A stretch of DNA of 45,496 bases. Origin: Acidobacteriota bacterium. Lineage in GTDB: Bacteria; Acidobacteriota; Thermoanaerobaculia; UBA5066; Gp7-AA6. Under the pieces are notes generated by a model, which saw only the letters and a program-made list of their open reading frames with translations, was not told the DNA's origin and made no database searches. The translations under genes were made by a program, and so were the position numbers. This document shows, one piece after another, positions 26,071 to 33,786 of this stretch (position 1 is the first letter of the stretch; each line of letters starts with the position of its first letter). Location: positions 1 through 45,496 of the forward strand of contig JBDUBI010000136.1 in assembly GCA_040004225.1 (NCBI GenBank), in the 5' to 3' direction.

Positions 26071-26148
26071 GGATTTGCCGCCGCCGGTTCTGACTCGTCC
26101 GCTCCCGCCGCCGGCCGCAGTGGAGCGCCGGAACAATCCGGATGAGCC

Positions 26149-27294
26149 ATGACGGACGCCTCGGTTTTCGTCCAGCCCATCGGACGTTCGAAGAAAGAGC
26201 TCTCGCGGTTCTTCGACGTGGCCGACGGGATCTATGCGGGCGACCCTCTCTGGGTCGCCCCCTTGCGGGACGACGTCGCCAAGGTTCTCGCCGCAAAAAA
26301 CCCCTTCTTCCTGCACGGCGAGATGCAGCTTTTCATCGCCTCCCGCGAGGGCCGCGACGCGGGGCGGATCGCGGCGATCGTCGACCGGAACCACAACGAC
26401 TTTCACCGCGATCGCACCGGATTCTTCGGCTATTTCGAGAGTGAGAACGACCCTTCGGTGGCGCGGGCCCTCTTCGACGCCGCAGCCGCATGGGTCCGCG
26501 AGCGGGGTATGGACACGCTCCGCGGTCCGGCCAACCCGACCTTGAACGACGAGGCGGGACTCTTAGTCGACGGGTTCGAGTCCTCTCCGGTGTTGATGAT
26601 GACGTACAACCCCCGCTACTACGTGGATCTCGTCTCAGGGGCGGGGTTCGCGAAGGTAAAGGATCTTCTGGCGTACTGGTTCGAGATCCAGCCCGGCCCG
26701 ATGGCGCGGCTGGCCCGGATAGCGGAACGGATCGCGCGGCGGGAAAAAGACGTGGTGGTGCGCAAGATCTCGAAGAGGACGCTCGCCGCCGACCTTCCGA
26801 AGATCCGCGAGGTCTACAACGCGGCGTGGGAGAAGAACTGGGGCTTCGTCCCCATGACGCCCGAAGAGATGGACTTCATGGCGAAACGCCTGAAGCCGCT
26901 GGTCGACGAGGACTTCCTGTTCCTCGCCGAGGCCCGACGGCCCGACGGCTCCCCCGAGCCCGTCGCTTTCCTTCTGGCACTCCCGGACTACAACATCGCG
27001 ATGAAGCCGTTGAAAGGACGCCTCCTTCCTTTTGGCTGGCTGAAATTCCTGCTCTCCTTGAAGAAGATCCGCTCGATGCGCGTGTTGACTCTCGGGATCA
27101 AGAAGGAGTGGAGACTGCGCGGGCTCCAGGCGGTCATGTTCGAAAAGGGTTTGAAGGCCGCGCTCGATCGCGACTATGTCGGGTGCGAGATGTCGTGGCT
27201 GCTGGAGGACAACGACGCGATCATTCGCTCCGCGGACTTCTGGGGCGGCCGCCTCTACAAGACATACCGTATGTACGACCGGAGGCTGGCGTGA
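26149..27294 (+). CDS. GNAT-fold N-acyltransferase family protein (~380 aa); candidate bacterial ceramide synthase
   Basis: Acyl-CoA-binding-like block IKKEWRLRGLQAVMF (variant of R/QxxGxA). Conserved RGPANPTLNDEAGLLVDGF. Sits between the spt-like gene and the PAP2 gene. Function is inferred from context. Confidence 0.5.
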   Translation: MTDASVFVQPIGRSKKELSRFFDVADGIYAGDPLWVAPLRDDVAKVLAAKNPFFLHGEMQLFIASREGRDAGRIAAIVDRNHNDFHRDRTGFFGYFESENDPSVARALFDAAAAWVRERGMDTLRGPANPTLNDEAGLLVDGFESSPVLMMTYNPRYYVDLVSGAGFAKVKDLLAYWFEIQPGPMARLARIAERIARREKDVVVRKISKRTLAADLPKIREVYNAAWEKNWGFVPMTPEEMDFMAKRLKPLVDEDFLFLAEARRPDGSPEPVAFLLALPDYNIAMKPLKGRLLPFGWLKFLLSLKKIRSMRVLTLGIKKEWRLRGLQAVMFEKGLKAALDRDYVGCEMSWLLEDNDAIIRSADFWGGRLYKTYRMYDRRLA

Positions 27295-27311
27295 CGACGG
27301 GGTCGTAAGGG

Positions 27312-27393
27312 GTGAGGCGGGAGTGAGGCGAAAAAGAGAAGAAGCGGCAGGCCCCAGCGATGAGCGCCTGACGCCTCACGCCTGACGTCTCAC
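27312..27393. repeat. GTGAGGCG x2 (27312-27330) facing a (CGCCTSA)x4 heptamer array (27365-27392)
   Basis: Read directly. 27323-27330 pairs perfectly with 27372-27379. Located between the convergent GNAT and PAP2 genes. The array encodes the last 6 codons and the stop of the PAP2 gene. Confidence 0.8.
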
Positions 27394-28311
27394 GGCCGAG
27401 GTGGTCAACCGGTCATAAATCCGGTCTCCCAGCGGGACCGTCACCGCGGCGAGGATCAACCCGGCGAGCACGTCGACGACGTAGTGATAGCGGCAGTAGA
27501 TTGTCGACAGGATCAGGCACGTCGCCACGGGCAGCAGCCACCAGAACAGGTCGCGCGCGCGCCGGAATGCCACGAGCAATACGGCGGCCGCGAGCATCGT
27601 GTGCCCGGAAGGAAAGACATCCAGCTTCGTGTGTTCGAGCTCGTCCAGCGTTTGCGCGATGGCGGCGGCCACGGGAGTCGACTCCAAGGAAACCGTCTGG
27701 CGGCTCGCCAGTGCAAAGCGGGGACCGAGCGCCGGTACCGCGAAATATCCGGCGTAGGACACGTAGTAGCAGAGGGTCAGCGTGAAAATGTAGCGCCGCA
27801 GGGCGGGGATGTCCCGGACCCACAGGACGAATCCGAGCGCCAGCGAAATGAAGTAGTAGGTTGTGTAGGCCACGTAGAAGACATTCGTGAGCCACGGCCG
27901 AACGAATTTTTCGAGCCAGACCGTCACGTCGACCCCGAAGAGCGCCCGGTCCGCGGCGATCAGCAGCGCGTCCCGCGCTCCGCCGCGGGCAGAGAAGATG
28001 AGAACTCCCAGTGTCTCGTAAAGCACGGGGATGAACGCCGCCGGGTAAAAGTCGAGGAGAAACCGGATGGGCCCCGGCAGCCCTTTTTCGCGCCGGACGA
28101 GCACCGCGACGATGGCGACGGCCAGCGCGAGCACGGCATACCGGAGCAGGAGGCCGCCGGGATCGCCGAGGCGGCGAGAGAGCACGAGCGTGAGCAGGGA
28201 CACGGCGCCCAAGGCGGCGAAGTTGATCGCTTCGAGCGGGCGAACGAGTCTGGCCTCCGGAGGCCGGAGGGCGCGGACGGTGCTCGAGGAGGAAGTTGTC
28301 CGCGCCGGCAC
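27376..28311 (-). CDS. PAP2-superfamily integral membrane transferase, sphingomyelin/IPC-synthase-like (PAP2_3-like)
   Basis: [13 protein letters not shown] and [11 protein letters not shown] match the SGHT and HY(T/V)xDV motifs of the sphingomyelin-synthase/Aur1 type. 6+ TM helices. Start is GTG 28311, preceded by GATAAT plus 6 nt on the minus strand. The listed extension to 28557 is Arg-rich and overlaps nfeD. Confidence 0.7.
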   Translation of the reverse strand: MPARTTSSSSTVRALRPPEARLVRPLEAINFAALGAVSLLTLVLSRRLGDPGGLLLRYAVLALAVAIVAVLVRREKGLPGPIRFLLDFYPAAFIPVLYETLGVLIFSARGGARDALLIAADRALFGVDVTVWLEKFVRPWLTNVFYVAYTTYYFISLALGFVLWVRDIPALRRYIFTLTLCYYVSYAGYFAVPALGPRFALASRQTVSLESTPVAAAIAQTLDELEHTKLDVFPSGHTMLAAAVLLVAFRRARDLFWWLLPVATCLILSTIYCRYHYVVDVLAGLILAAVTVPLGDRIYDRLTTSAVRRQA

Positions 28312-28317
28312 GGCGGG

Positions 28318-28323
28318 ATTATC
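28318..28323 (-). promoter_or_regulatory. -10-like GATAAT, 6 nt upstream of GTG 28311 (PAP2 gene, leaderless candidate)
   Basis: The minus strand reads GATAAT-CCCGCC-GTG. Confidence 0.35.
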
Positions 28324-28425
28324 GCCGAAGGCGTTTTCCGGGGGGACGGCATACCGGCCGTTGGCCCCCCGTCCCGCCGGGCGATCTCGACCCCTGCCAG
28401 GACGCCTTCGCGCCGTGCGGCACGG

Positions 28426-28431
28426 TAGACT
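28426..28431 (+). promoter_or_regulatory. -10-like TAGACT, 8 nt upstream of ATG 28440 (nfeD, leaderless candidate)
   Basis: TAGACT-TCCTGCGC-ATG. Confidence 0.35.
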
Positions 28432-28439
28432 TCCTGCGC

Positions 28440-29741
28440 ATGCCGGCGCGGCTCGCCTTCCTGCTTCTTCTCTCAGGGGCCGCCGCGTTCCCGGCGGGCG
28501 CCGCTCCTGCCCCCCTCGTCGTCGTGGGGCGAATCGACGGTCCGGTTCATCCGGCATCCGCCGCTTACGTCCGCCGTCTGCTCTCGGGGGCGCGGGAGAG
28601 CGGCGCGAGGCTCGTCATCCTGGAGCTCTCGACGCCCGGCGGTCTCCTGACCTCCACCCGGGAAATGACGACGTCGATCCTCGAATCTCCCGTGCCGGTC
28701 GCGACCTACGTCGCACCGTCGGGGAGCTCGGCGGCGTCTGCGGGGTTTTTCCTGCTCCTGGCGGGAGACGTCGCGGCGATGGCGCCCGGAACCAACTCGG
28801 GCGCGGCGCACCCCGTCGGGGGCCAGGGAGAGGACCTGTCGAAAACGATGACCTCCAAGGTCGAACAGGACGCGCGCGCGTTCATCCGCAGCCTCGCGCG
28901 GCAGCGGGGAAGGAACCCGGAAAAGGCGGAATCCGCGGTGACTTCGAGTGCCTCGTTCACCGAGACGGAAGCGAAGGGAGCGGGCCTCGTCGAAATCATC
29001 GCGCGGGACCGCGCAGATCTCATTCACCAGCTCGACGGACGAAAGCTCGCCCGGGTCAACGGGTCGTCGCAGACTCTGGCCCTGGCGGGCGCGCGGGTCG
29101 AGAGCCGGGAAATGGGATCGCTCGAGAGACTGCTAGGGGTCGTCTCTCACCCGAACATCGCCTATGTCCTCTTCCTCGCCGGCCTGGTCGGGCTCTACTT
29201 CGAGCTCGCCAGCCCCGGCGCCATCCTTCCCGGGGTCGTCGGGGGGATCTCGCTTCTCCTGGCTCTCTATGCCTTTTCAGTTCTGCCCGTGAGTCTCGCG
29301 GGCATTGCCCTGATTCTTTTCGCCATTCTTCTCTTCATCGCCGAGGTGAAGGTGACGAGCCACGGATTGCTGGCCGTCGGAGGAGCCGTCGCCCTTCTCG
29401 CCGGCTCGGCGATGCTGTTTTCCGGACGCGCAAACGCCGCCGGATACCGCGTGGATCTCTCGATCGTCGTGCCCGCCGTCGCGCTGACACTTGCGGTCGT
29501 GGGGTTCCTCGCCTGGAATACGGTGCGGCTTCGGACTCTACCGGTGCGCACGGGGCGCGACAGCCTTCTCGGCCAGAGTGCTGTCGTCGTGCGGCCGATG
29601 GACGGAGAGGGTCGAGGGACTGTCATGGTCCACGGCGAATACTGGGACGCGTGCGGGGCGCCGGCCGCGGCGGTCGGCGAGCGGGTGCGCGTCGCGAGAG
29701 TCGAAGGCTTCACACTCCACGTCGAACGGAGGCTGTCATGA
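28440..29741 (+). CDS. nfeD: NfeD-family membrane-bound ClpP-class serine protease
   Basis: Signal peptide [29 protein letters not shown] and [14 protein letters not shown] (ClpP-fold Ser). Central TM bundle. C-terminal OB-like NfeD domain (GEYWDA...[14 protein letters not shown]). Confidence 0.85.
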   Translation: MPARLAFLLLLSGAAAFPAGAAPAPLVVVGRIDGPVHPASAAYVRRLLSGARESGARLVILELSTPGGLLTSTREMTTSILESPVPVATYVAPSGSSAASAGFFLLLAGDVAAMAPGTNSGAAHPVGGQGEDLSKTMTSKVEQDARAFIRSLARQRGRNPEKAESAVTSSASFTETEAKGAGLVEIIARDRADLIHQLDGRKLARVNGSSQTLALAGARVESREMGSLERLLGVVSHPNIAYVLFLAGLVGLYFELASPGAILPGVVGGISLLLALYAFSVLPVSLAGIALILFAILLFIAEVKVTSHGLLAVGGAVALLAGSAMLFSGRANAAGYRVDLSIVVPAVALTLAVVGFLAWNTVRLRTLPVRTGRDSLLGQSAVVVRPMDGEGRGTVMVHGEYWDACGAPAAAVGERVRVARVEGFTLHVERRLS

Positions 29742-30505
29742 GTCAGGTGTTTTCGTTTCCGGGTCTGATTTTGGCGGCGTTCGTCGGCCTGATCCTCTTT
29801 TTCAAATGGGTCAACATCCTGAAGGAGTACGAGCGGGCCGTCACGTTCTGGCTCGGCCGCCTGGGCTCGAAGCCGAAGGGGCCCGGGCTCGTGCTGATCT
29901 TCTGGCCGTTCGAGACGATGGTCCGCATCTCGCTCCGGACGATCGTTCACGACGTGCCCGCTCAGGACATCATCACCCGGGACAACGTATCGGTGAAAGT
30001 GAACGCGGTCGTCTACTTCCGCGTCGTCGAGCCCGACAAGGCCGTCGTACAGGTGGAGAACTATCTCTACGCGACCTCCCAGCTGGCGCAGACCACCCTT
30101 CGCAGCGTGCTCGGTGAAGCCATGCTCGACGAGCTCCTGTCCGAGCGCGAGAAGTTGAATGTCGCCCTTCAAAGCGTCATCGATCAGCATACTCAGCCGT
30201 GGGGGATCAAGGTGTCGCTCGTGGAAGTGAAGCAGGTGGACCTTCCCCCGGAGATGCAGCGCGCCATGGCGCGCCAGGCGGAGGCGGAGCGGGAGAAGCG
30301 GGCGAAGATCATCCACGCAGAGGGGGAGTTCCAGGCGGCCGCGCAGCTCTCCCGCGCCGCGGAAGTCATCGGCCGCGAGCCGGCGACCCTCCAGCTGCGC
30401 TATCTCCAGACGCTGACGGAGATCGGAAGCGAGAAGAACACCACGATCATCTTTCCACTGCCGATCGACCTTCTTCGCGCGTTCCTTCCGAAGGAGACGA
30501 AGTAG
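29738..30505 (+). CDS. SPFH/band-7 protein, stomatin-like (slipin)
   Basis: [40 protein letters not shown] and [21 protein letters not shown] overlap with nfeD. Confidence 0.9.
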   Translation: MSQVFSFPGLILAAFVGLILFFKWVNILKEYERAVTFWLGRLGSKPKGPGLVLIFWPFETMVRISLRTIVHDVPAQDIITRDNVSVKVNAVVYFRVVEPDKAVVQVENYLYATSQLAQTTLRSVLGEAMLDELLSEREKLNVALQSVIDQHTQPWGIKVSLVEVKQVDLPPEMQRAMARQAEAEREKRAKIIHAEGEFQAAAQLSRAAEVIGREPATLQLRYLQTLTEIGSEKNTTIIFPLPIDLLRAFLPKETK

Positions 30506-30518
30506 AAGAGGCCAAAAA

Positions 30519-30624
30519 CGAAGGTCGAAAGGCGAAAGAAGGGAAAAAACCGACAAGGCCGGTCGACACCGCGACGGATCGGTTCTCCGGTCCGCCCGAC
30601 GCCGTTTCCCCTGCGCCCTTCGCC
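30519..30624. repeat. Degenerate purine heptamer array (CGAAGGT CGAAAGG CGAAAGA AGGGAAA) with a downstream complementary segment GTTTCCCC...GCCCTTCGCC
   Basis: Read directly. 30615-30624 is the reverse complement of GGCGAAGGGC (the unit of the 17260 array). 30604-30611 is the reverse complement of GGGGAAAC (as at 8699-8706). Confidence 0.6.
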
Positions 30625-30629
30625 TGAGT

Positions 30630-30638
30630 TGCTACACT
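30630..30638 (+). promoter_or_regulatory. Extended -10-like box TGCTACACT, 7 nt upstream of GTG 30646 (leaderless candidate)
   Basis: TTGCTACACT-CCGCGAC-GTG. Same 9-mer and same spacing as at 14714-14722. Confidence 0.45.
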
Positions 30639-30645
30639 CCGCGAC

Positions 30646-31344
30646 GTGGACGAGCCCCGCACGCATTACCAGCTCTCTTTCACGGCACGCCAGGCGCTGC
30701 TGCTGTTCGTCGGGCTTCTGGGAGCCCTGGCGGCGGCTTACGCCCTCGGTCTGATGACCGGTCTCGCCGGGCACGATGGACCGGAAACGCCCGTTGCGGC
30801 CGCGACACCCGGTACCGAAATTTCGACGAAGACCGCTCCGTCGGCCGTGACTCCGGAAGCTCTCGAAATCCCGCGGGCGGTGCGGGGAGTGGCTCCTTCG
30901 CGCGCGGCGCAGCGGGGCGTGACGTCGACGTCGGGGGCACCCGTGCCGACGTCTTCCCCGATCGCGGCCGGGCCGACGCCCTCTCCGGGACTTCAGCTCT
31001 TCGACGACGGTCCGGACCGCACGCCGGCCCCGGGCTCAGCCGCCGCGCGGAGAGTCCGCACCCCGAAGCCCTCCTCCGAAACGTCCGGTGTCCGCGCCGC
31101 CGCGGCCGGAAGCTTCTGGGTCCAGGCGCTTTCGGCGCCCTCCGAGAAGGAAGCCCGCTTGCGCCGCGATCGTCTCGCCGCTCACGGCTTTCCAGCGGCC
31201 GTCAGCTCCGGCTCGGGTCCGAAGGGGAAGGTCTACCGCGTGCGCGTCGGGCCTTTCAAAACGAGGGACGAAGCGGAGAAGTCGGCCGCGCGGCTGATGA
31301 CGCGGGAGAAGCTCCAGCCGTGGATCGTCCCCCCCGGGAAATGA
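30646..31344 (+). CDS. SPOR-domain (peptidoglycan-binding) membrane protein
   Basis: N-terminal TM helix. Low-complexity linker. C-terminal FWVQALSAPSEKEARLRRDRLAAHGF...YRVRVGPFKTRDEAEKSAARL matches the SPOR pattern. GTG start. Confidence 0.75.
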   Translation: MDEPRTHYQLSFTARQALLLFVGLLGALAAAYALGLMTGLAGHDGPETPVAAATPGTEISTKTAPSAVTPEALEIPRAVRGVAPSRAAQRGVTSTSGAPVPTSSPIAAGPTPSPGLQLFDDGPDRTPAPGSAAARRVRTPKPSSETSGVRAAAAGSFWVQALSAPSEKEARLRRDRLAAHGFPAAVSSGSGPKGKVYRVRVGPFKTRDEAEKSAARLMTREKLQPWIVPPGK

Positions 31345-32225
31345 CGTCCCTTCCCGCTCGCGCCCCGGAGTGGATCCGCGAAAAGCGCATACGGCTCTCC
31401 GAGCTCCATGACGTCAAGGACGTGATGCGGCGCCATGCTCTCTCGACGGTTTGCGAGGAGGCGCGCTGCCCGAATCGGGGCGAATGCTTTTCCCGCGGGA
31501 CGGCGACTTTCCTGATGCTCGGCGACGTCTGCACGAGGACGTGCGGCTTCTGCGACATCGCGCACGGAAAACCGGCCGCCGTCGACGCCCTCGAGCCGTT
31601 TCGTGTGGCCACCGCCGCGCGCGAAATGAAATTGCAGTTCGTGGTCCTGACATCGGTCGATCGCGACGACCTTCCTGACGGCGGAGCCTCTCACTTCGCC
31701 GAGGCGATCCGCGCGCTCCGCCGGAACGAGCCGGTCCCCGGAATCGAGGTCCTCACACCCGACTTTCAGGGGCGATTCACGTCGGTGGCGACGGTCGTCG
31801 AAGCCCGGCCGGACGTCTTCAATCACAACGTCGAGACAGTCCCGCGCCTCTATACGCGCGTTCGCCGGGGAGCGCGGCTGGACCGCTCGCTCGGGATTCT
31901 CGCGGCGGTCCGTACGCTAGACCCCTCTATAACGACCAAGTCGGGCTTCATGCTGGGTCTCGGCGAACGCGAGGACGAGGTCCACGCCCTCCTCGGAGAC
32001 CTGCGGAGCGCGGGCGTGGACATCGTGACGATCGGGCAGTACCTTCAGCCGTCCCGCGAAAATCTTCCGGTCGAAGAGTATGTTCGCCCGGAGGTGTTCG
32101 ACTCTTACCGGGAGGCGGGCGAACGGCTCGGCTTCCGCCACGTTTTTTCGGGCCCTTTCGTCCGGTCGTCCTACCGTGCGGAGGAGGCCCTCCTCGCGTC
32201 CGCCACGCGCGCCTCGCTGCCCTGA
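31341..32225 (+). CDS. lipA: Lipoyl synthase
   Basis: CEEARCPNRGEC plus the radical-SAM motif CTRTCGFC. ATGA overlap with the SPOR gene. Confidence 0.92.
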   Translation: MTSLPARAPEWIREKRIRLSELHDVKDVMRRHALSTVCEEARCPNRGECFSRGTATFLMLGDVCTRTCGFCDIAHGKPAAVDALEPFRVATAAREMKLQFVVLTSVDRDDLPDGGASHFAEAIRALRRNEPVPGIEVLTPDFQGRFTSVATVVEARPDVFNHNVETVPRLYTRVRRGARLDRSLGILAAVRTLDPSITTKSGFMLGLGEREDEVHALLGDLRSAGVDIVTIGQYLQPSRENLPVEEYVRPEVFDSYREAGERLGFRHVFSGPFVRSSYRAEEALLASATRASLP

Positions 32226-32235
32226 GGGCCTCCGA

Positions 32236-33786
32236 ATGACGGTGTCGCGCTGGAAGACGCCCGCGGCCGGCGTGCTCTCCGGAGTTCTCTTCGCGCTGGC
32301 CTTTCCGCCGTACGGCGCGACGGTCCTCCTTCCGCTGGCTCTGGTTCCATGGATCGCCCTCCTTTCGGTGGAAGAAAGCCGCGGCCGCGCACTCCTCTCG
32401 GGCCTGATGTTCGGCATGGCGTTCTGGTGCGCGAGTGTCCCCTGGATCTCCTACGTCGTGACCGTGTACGGAGGACAGCCGAAGGCGATGGGTGTCGTGT
32501 GCGTCGGCCTCGTGGCATTGATCTGCGCCGAGTGGACCGCGATCGTCGGCTGGGGGGTCGCGGCTCTGGCGCCTTCCCATTCGTGGAAGCGCCTCGCCGC
32601 ATTTCCCCTTCTCTGGATGGCCGCGGAGCACGCCAGGTCGGTGATCTACGGCGGCTTTCCGTGGAACCTGACGGGATGGGCGCTCGCCCGAAGGCCGGTG
32701 TGGATCCAGACGGCTTCCCTCTGGGGCGTGTACGGAGTGGGATTCGCGGTCGCGGCGGTCGCGACCCTCCTCGCCGCGTTTTCCGTGCGACGGCGCCCGG
32801 TCTTCCTGGCCGCCGCCGCCGCCGTAGTGCTGTCAGCCGGAGTCGCGGGAGCGATCCGGCTGACCTCGCCGGTCGAAGCCGGCAAACCGCTCCGCGTCCG
32901 GCTGATCCAGCCGAACCTCGCCGAAGAGGATCGGCGCACCTCCGACAGGACGGCGGAAAGCTATCGGCAGGTGCTCGCGCGCGGCTCCGATGCGGGCCTT
33001 GCGGGAGCCGACCTGATCGTCTTCCCGGAATCGGCGTTCCCCATGTACTGGGAGGCGAGCGCCCGGCTCCGCGAAGATCTGAACCGACTGTCGGCGGATT
33101 GCCGCTGCGCGATTCTGTTCAACGACGTCACCTCGGAGCCCGGCGGCCGGGCGTCCAACGCCGCGCGGCTCGTGACGCCGGAGGGGCTCGCGCAGGGGAT
33201 CTACCGCAAGGTGCATCTCGTTCCTTTCGGCGAATACGTCCCGCTGCCGCGGCTCTTCTTTTTCGCCCGCCAGATATCCCGGGAGATCGGGGAGTTTCTT
33301 CCGGCGGAGACTCCCGTCGTCCTGCGTTCGGGACAGCTCGCGCTCGGAGTGGGCATCTGCTACGAGATCATCTATCCCGGCCTGGCGCGGCGCCAGGTTG
33401 CCGACGGCGCGAACCTGCTCGCGACAATCTCGAACGACTCGTGGTACGGGCGCGCGGGAGCCCAGGAGCAGCATTTCGCGGGGGCGCTCTTCCGCGCGGT
33501 CGAGAACGGGCGTTACCTGGTGCGCGCGGCGATCACGGGGATCTCGGGGATCGCCGATCCGCGCGGGCGTATTCTGGCGGAGATCGCGCCGAATACGCCG
33601 GGGACGGCCGTCGGGACAATCTCTCTCCTCGGAGGCTCGACCCCGTGGACCCGATGGGGGTACGTTCTCCCGCGGATCGCCGACGCCGCCGCGGCCGGCG
33701 TGCTACTCTCGGGCCTCGCCCGGTGGGGGCGCGAACGCGCGGCGAGGCGCCGGCGGCGGGCGGCCTCCCACGGAGACATCACATGA
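32236..33786 (+). CDS. lnt: Apolipoprotein N-acyltransferase
   Basis: N-terminal polytopic domain followed by a CN-hydrolase domain: VFPESAFP (Glu), KVHLVPFGEYVP (Lys), GICYEIIYP (Cys). Confidence 0.88.
   Translation: MTVSRWKTPAAGVLSGVLFALAFPPYGATVLLPLALVPWIALLSVEESRGRALLSGLMFGMAFWCASVPWISYVVTVYGGQPKAMGVVCVGLVALICAEWTAIVGWGVAALAPSHSWKRLAAFPLLWMAAEHARSVIYGGFPWNLTGWALARRPVWIQTASLWGVYGVGFAVAAVATLLAAFSVRRRPVFLAAAAAVVLSAGVAGAIRLTSPVEAGKPLRVRLIQPNLAEEDRRTSDRTAESYRQVLARGSDAGLAGADLIVFPESAFPMYWEASARLREDLNRLSADCRCAILFNDVTSEPGGRASNAARLVTPEGLAQGIYRKVHLVPFGEYVPLPRLFFFARQISREIGEFLPAETPVVLRSGQLALGVGICYEIIYPGLARRQVADGANLLATISNDSWYGRAGAQEQHFAGALFRAVENGRYLVRAAITGISGIADPRGRILAEIAPNTPGTAVGTISLLGGSTPWTRWGYVLPRIADAAAAGVLLSGLARWGRERAARRRRRAASHGDIT

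Noticed and set aside
25144-26406. 420-aa minus-strand ORF antisense to the spt-like gene.
   Set aside because: Shadow ORF with Arg/Gly/Asp/Val-rich junk opposite a clearly recognisable PLP enzyme.
28312-28557. Upstream extension of the PAP2 ORF to ATG 28557, plus the plus-strand ORFs 28067.. and 28296.. upstream of the nfeD and SPFH starts.
   Set aside because: The extensions are Arg-rich, would overlap the divergent nfeD gene, and lack TM or signal features. GTG 28311 and ATG 28440 each have a -10-like box at leaderless spacing.
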